Assembly: GCA_963727455.1 (NCBI GenBank)
Contig: CAVSGG010000008.1
Coordinates: 438,377-502,376 of the forward strand
DNA length: 64,000 nt
Direction: 5' to 3'
Origin: Candidatus Krumholzibacteriota bacterium
Lineage (GTDB): Bacteria; Krumholzibacteriota; Krumholzibacteriia; JAJRXK01
The notes under the pieces were generated by a model that made no database searches, had not been told where the DNA came from, and saw only the letters and a program-made list of their open reading frames with translations. Below, one piece after another: positions 60,325 to 64,000 of this stretch; the first letter of the stretch is position 1; every line of letters begins with the position of its first letter. A program made the position numbers and the translations under genes.

Positions 60325-61626
60325 ATGCCTCCCTCTCTGGGAGGCATTTTGCCAGGTACCGCGGTTGCATCTTTCGTTGGGATCTACCGGCCCCGCCATC
60401 CTGAGCGCACCGCGCTCTACCAGCTTTTCGACCGCCACGGCGAGCGTTTCTTCCGCGAGTACGACGAGCGCTTCGAGCACCAATACGGCCCCTTGCGCGC
60501 CGTTGTGCGACGCGTGGTTGACCAGTATCTCGAGTGCGGTCGCCCCGAGGGGGGCTTCGCGCGCATCCGCTGCCCGAACTGTCGCGGCGAGCACCTGCTG
60601 GCGTTCAGCTGCCAGACCCGCAACTTCTGTCCGAGCTGCCAGGCCAAGCGCGCTGCTCTTTTTGCTGAACATCTGGTCGAGGAGGTGCTCAGCCCGGTTG
60701 CCCACCGCCACGTGGTTTTCACGGTACCCAAGGTGATCCGTGGATTGTTCGAGCGGGAGCGCCGACTGTTGTCGATCCTTCCGCGCTGCGCGCACCGGGC
60801 GATCCAGCGCCTGCTGTGCGAGGCGGTCGATGACCCCCGGGCGCAGGTGGGCACCATCGCATCGATCCAGACCTTCGGCAGCTACGCCGCGAACTTCCAT
60901 CCCCACGTCCACGCGCTGATCACCGAGGGAGCGTTCCACCTACCGCGCCGCGGCGATCCATGGTTCGAGCGCGTCGAGTGGTGGGATCAAAAGACGCTGA
61001 CTGAGCTGTTCCGACGGCTGGTGCTTAAAGAGCTGCGTCGCGCGAAGCGCCTGCGCGAGGAGACCGAGGCCATGCTCTTGTCATGGCAGCACTCGGGCTT
61101 TGGGGTCCATGCCGGCGAGCCGGTGCTGCCCGATCACACCGAGCGCCAGGAGCATCTCGCGCGATACATCACCCGCGCGCCAATCCGGCTCGACGCGATC
61201 ACCCCGCTCGACGCCAAGCAGGTTCGGGTTCGGACACCGATCCATCCCAGCACCGGCCAACGTGATCTCGAACTCGATGTTCTGGAGATGATCCGCCGTC
61301 TGTGCGCCCAGATCCCCGCGCCACGGCAGCATTTGGTCAGATACTACGGCTGGTACTCGCACCGGGCCCGAGGGGCAAGAGCCAACCCCCAGGACGCGAC
61401 GATCGCCAGGGCACCGTCCACTGCGCGCAGCCGCAGCTGGGCACGCCTGCTGCGCAGGATCTTCGAGCTGGACCCCATGCTCTGCCCGCAGTGCGGGGGA
61501 ACCATGAAGATCGTGTCGGTGATCGACGAAGCAGCGGTGGTGGACCGGATTCTCAGACACCTGGTACGGATCGGCGGCAACGACCCGCACGAGGGGACGG
61601 CGCAACGAGCTCCGCCAAGAGCATGA
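60325..61626 (+). CDS. IS91-family (HUH, rolling-circle) transposase with an N-terminal Zn-binding domain
   Basis: CG..GFARIRCPNC..AFSCQTRNFCPSC, HVVFTVP, HPHVHAL (HUH), SGFGVH, LARYITR, VRYYG, WARLLRRIFELDPMLCPQCGG. Confidence 0.93.
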   Translation: MPPSLGGILPGTAVASFVGIYRPRHPERTALYQLFDRHGERFFREYDERFEHQYGPLRAVVRRVVDQYLECGRPEGGFARIRCPNCRGEHLLAFSCQTRNFCPSCQAKRAALFAEHLVEEVLSPVAHRHVVFTVPKVIRGLFERERRLLSILPRCAHRAIQRLLCEAVDDPRAQVGTIASIQTFGSYAANFHPHVHALITEGAFHLPRRGDPWFERVEWWDQKTLTELFRRLVLKELRRAKRLREETEAMLLSWQHSGFGVHAGEPVLPDHTERQEHLARYITRAPIRLDAITPLDAKQVRVRTPIHPSTGQRDLELDVLEMIRRLCAQIPAPRQHLVRYYGWYSHRARGARANPQDATIARAPSTARSRSWARLLRRIFELDPMLCPQCGGTMKIVSVIDEAAVVDRILRHLVRIGGNDPHEGTAQRAPPRA

Positions 61627-61818
61627 ACCCCTACCAGTACCCTCAGCCTCCCGACGAACGCGCAAGGGCACGAGCGTCGGGAGTACGGTGTGCCCAAGGA
61701 TAGGTGGAAGCCGCTCAGGTGGGCGCATGTCGGGCGAACAGAGTTGCGGTAGGGTGAGTCGGGGATCGACAATCAATCCTCATCGTGATCATCGCACCGA
61801 GAACACAGCGCAAAGAGC

Positions 61819-61880
61819 ACCCGTTCTGAAGTTCGGTGCTCGCTTTTCAGCTAAAGCGCCGTATACAATCCACTATCCGT
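61819..61880 (+). repeat. Right copy of the 62-bp direct repeat; probable oriIS end
   Basis: Lies about 200 bp downstream of the transposase stop; ends TATACAATCCACTATCC-GT. Confidence 0.85.
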
Positions 61881-62160
61881 ATTCCCTTGCTCCGACTCAG
61901 AACCTTCTGCTTGCGCCCGGAGCGTACTACTTGAATACTCGCCATCGGCGGTCTCCTTGATCTGGTGGATGTTTTTGCTACACATCCACTTCTACCAGAT
62001 TTCGGAGCCGCCTCCTATTTCAACTAAACTTGGCACATCCTCACGGGATAGGCTTGGAATAGAAATTCACATTTCCCTTCGGAAGGAGGCAAGGCTCCAC
62101 TGGAAAGCCAACCATCTATAGCCGGTAACTTCCAAGGTACCCACCGAATCATCGCTGCAT

Positions 62161-62823
62161 CTAGTACCCCGCCTTCAAAGACCCCCAGCTCGACGATTCC
62201 ACAGGCACGCCGCACTCATCATGGACCGGCACCCCATTGGGTTGAAATTCAAAGAAAACCCTGCAGCATCCGTCTGGGACAGTTATGCACGGACCTGGAA
62301 CCAAAGTGAACGGAAGCGGATCTGGGGTATCGACACACTCCGTGTATCGAGGCATGCTGGCTCCCGAAGCCAGCGATGGTGTAACGCAATACAACACATC
62401 TACATCGGGTAAGGTAATCCAGGTAAACTGGTGCTTGGCGAGTCGAATCGTATCCGAGTTTGGTCCCGCCTCAGAACTGCCAACCTGAAAACAGCTTCCC
62501 GTGTTGACTCGCACATCCCCGTTGGTGCCAGAGTCAACCGCCGTGGAGGGATAGACGATCGGTGCGCTTTCGAAAGCACTCGCATCCGTTGAGGTTAACC
62601 TGTATTCGTAACCAGAGAGTTCGGAGAGATCGTAAGCCACGACCCAAATCACAGCCGAAGGTGCGTTGGCGAGATTCGGATTGGGAGTGAGGTCAGTATG
62701 ACTATCTAGAAGGACTTGTGTCCCAGCTTCGTCTCCAAAAGCTCCAATCTCCTGTGAAAACGCACTACCCGTCCACATAGTTGCGCAAATCAGGATTGCA
62801 CCCAGTAACAAGAGCCGCTTCAT
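62161..62823 (-). CDS. Low-GC secreted hypothetical protein ending in VPVESSSWGSLKAGY
   Basis: ATG at 62823 with GGGAGG SD; signal peptide MKRLLLLGAILICATMWTGSAFS; several Cys. Confidence 0.8.
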   Translation of the reverse strand: MKRLLLLGAILICATMWTGSAFSQEIGAFGDEAGTQVLLDSHTDLTPNPNLANAPSAVIWVVAYDLSELSGYEYRLTSTDASAFESAPIVYPSTAVDSGTNGDVRVNTGSCFQVGSSEAGPNSDTIRLAKHQFTWITLPDVDVLYCVTPSLASGASMPRYTECVDTPDPLPFTLVPGPCITVPDGCCRVFFEFQPNGVPVHDECGVPVESSSWGSLKAGY

Positions 62824-62878
62824 TCCAAACCTCCCTTTTGATAACTTGCCACTTTCGGTCAGATGCATAATCAGCCCG

Positions 62879-64000
62879 CTAGTGTTCTTCCTGGAACTGG
62901 GCCTTAAGCTTCCCAAAGCTCGTGCCATCGGATGGGACCGCCTCGCCCGCGAAGGGCTCAAAATCAATCACCGCCTGAACCTGGCTAAAGTCGTTATAAT
63001 CCCAGATGCGATCAGCGATCACCTCCGAATCGGTCGTGCCCCAGTAGTTGCCCGTAAAATCGTAGTGCTTGATTCCTAGCGCCAGGTGGCCTGAAATATA
63101 GGCCAAGTATCCCTGGGAGGAGACAAGGTCATTTTCATGAGCAATCACCGTGCTTGGTGAACGGATCCAGATTCCATAGTCCAGTGAATCGACAATTTCA
63201 TTCTGGCGAAGATCCACGACCGCATAGCTATGAATGTCAAATTGGAGCGCGTTATTCTGCAGAATATTGTCAGAGATCGATACAACCGTGCGACTTTCGA
63301 AAACTGAAATCGCAGCCGCGGAGAGGTTTTCAATTACACAGTTCTGGATGGACCCAGGACAGTTATCAAACTGTATCCCCCCACTCCCACCCAAAATATG
63401 CGTGTCACTGATTTGAGCCTCCAACGGAGACGCGAGATTAATTCCAATTCCTGAGTTGGCCGCAAACTCACAATGACGGACACGAATGAGTCCCGCTGTA
63501 TAGAAGCCGCGAACACCATCTCTATTTTCGTAAATGCTGCTGTTCTCGATATCGATCGGTCCCTCGGCACCAAAGCCACCCGTACAATAGCGCGCTGCAC
63601 AATTCTCAACGTAGAAATCTCCAAGAGAGTAAACGCCATACCAAGTGTTCTCGAAGGTTAGCTTCTCGATATGGGTAACACTGACGTTTTGAGCGACCAC
63701 TAGTCCCACAGGATCTCCCTGAGCTATGGTGGGGACGGTAGGACCGATGATCACGGCTTCTCGATCCATTCCCAAGATCGTGAGATTGTCGACTCGAACC
63801 ACGAGATGTGCATCGCGACGCACTCCGCTATTGAAATAGAACTCTGTTACCTCTTCATACCGCCCTGGCCCAATCAGGAGGGTATCCCCGGCTGCGGCTG
63901 CATCTGCGGCAGGCTGCAGCAGGGTGTAATCCCCACTGCCGCCCTTCATCACGGTGATCGTGTGGGACCATGCTACGGCTGAGAGTAGGACCAGAGCCAA
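62879..64000 (-). CDS. Low-GC secreted right-handed beta-helix protein ending in SFGKLKAQF (5' end truncated by the window)
   Basis: GDYTLLQPAADAAAAGDTLLIGPGRYEE, parallel beta-helix repeats, NYWGT. Confidence 0.85.
   Translation of the reverse strand: MALVLLSAVAWSHTITVMKGGSGDYTLLQPAADAAAAGDTLLIGPGRYEEVTEFYFNSGVRRDAHLVVRVDNLTILGMDREAVIIGPTVPTIAQGDPVGLVVAQNVSVTHIEKLTFENTWYGVYSLGDFYVENCAARYCTGGFGAEGPIDIENSSIYENRDGVRGFYTAGLIRVRHCEFAANSGIGINLASPLEAQISDTHILGGSGGIQFDNCPGSIQNCVIENLSAAAISVFESRTVVSISDNILQNNALQFDIHSYAVVDLRQNEIVDSLDYGIWIRSPSTVIAHENDLVSSQGYLAYISGHLALGIKHYDFTGNYWGTTDSEVIADRIWDYNDFSQVQAVIDFEPFAGEAVPSDGTSFGKLKAQFQEEH

Larger units (their letters stand above)
57969..61880. mobile_element. 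Putative IS91-family rolling-circle element carrying or associated with an HNH endonuclease gene
   Basis: HUH transposase plus divergent HNH gene between two direct repeats; housekeeping gene to the left, GC drop to the right. Confidence 0.6.

Noticed and set aside
61881-62160. Integron attC site next to the low-GC genes
   Set aside because: No convincing RYYYAAC...GTTRRRY paired arms, and no integrase in the window.

Overview
GC-rich (mid-60s % by eye) bacterial chromosome segment, densely coding. It holds mostly housekeeping and cell-envelope genes: pckA, serA with a class V aminotransferase, enoyl-CoA hydratases, an ALDH7, an M16 pair, bcp, gmhA, a polysaccharide cluster, a BtuCDF-like transporter with PduO, hemH, arfB and a frameshifted P5C dehydrogenase. 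Secreted proteins ending in S-[FW]-G-x-L-K-A suggest an FCB-related candidate phylum such as Krumholzibacteriota or Eisenbacteria (inference). Main points of interest: (1) a ~3.9 kb unit with an IS91-family HUH transposase and a divergent tandem-domain HNH nuclease, bracketed by 62-bp direct repeats resembling an IS91 ori end and followed by a low-GC block; (2) two long, densely base-paired intergenic regions ending in intrinsic terminators (about 23589-24184 on +, 43544-44022 on -), which are candidate undescribed large ncRNAs; (3) a shared C-terminal motif on three unrelated secreted proteins, a possible sorting signal; (4) a pyruvate-kinase-like barrel lacking catalytic residues, an unannotated 65-aa zinc-finger ORF and a stand-alone RelA/SpoT-like nucleotidyltransferase. 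No rRNA, tRNA or CRISPR array was seen. All calls come from reading motifs by eye; no searches were run.
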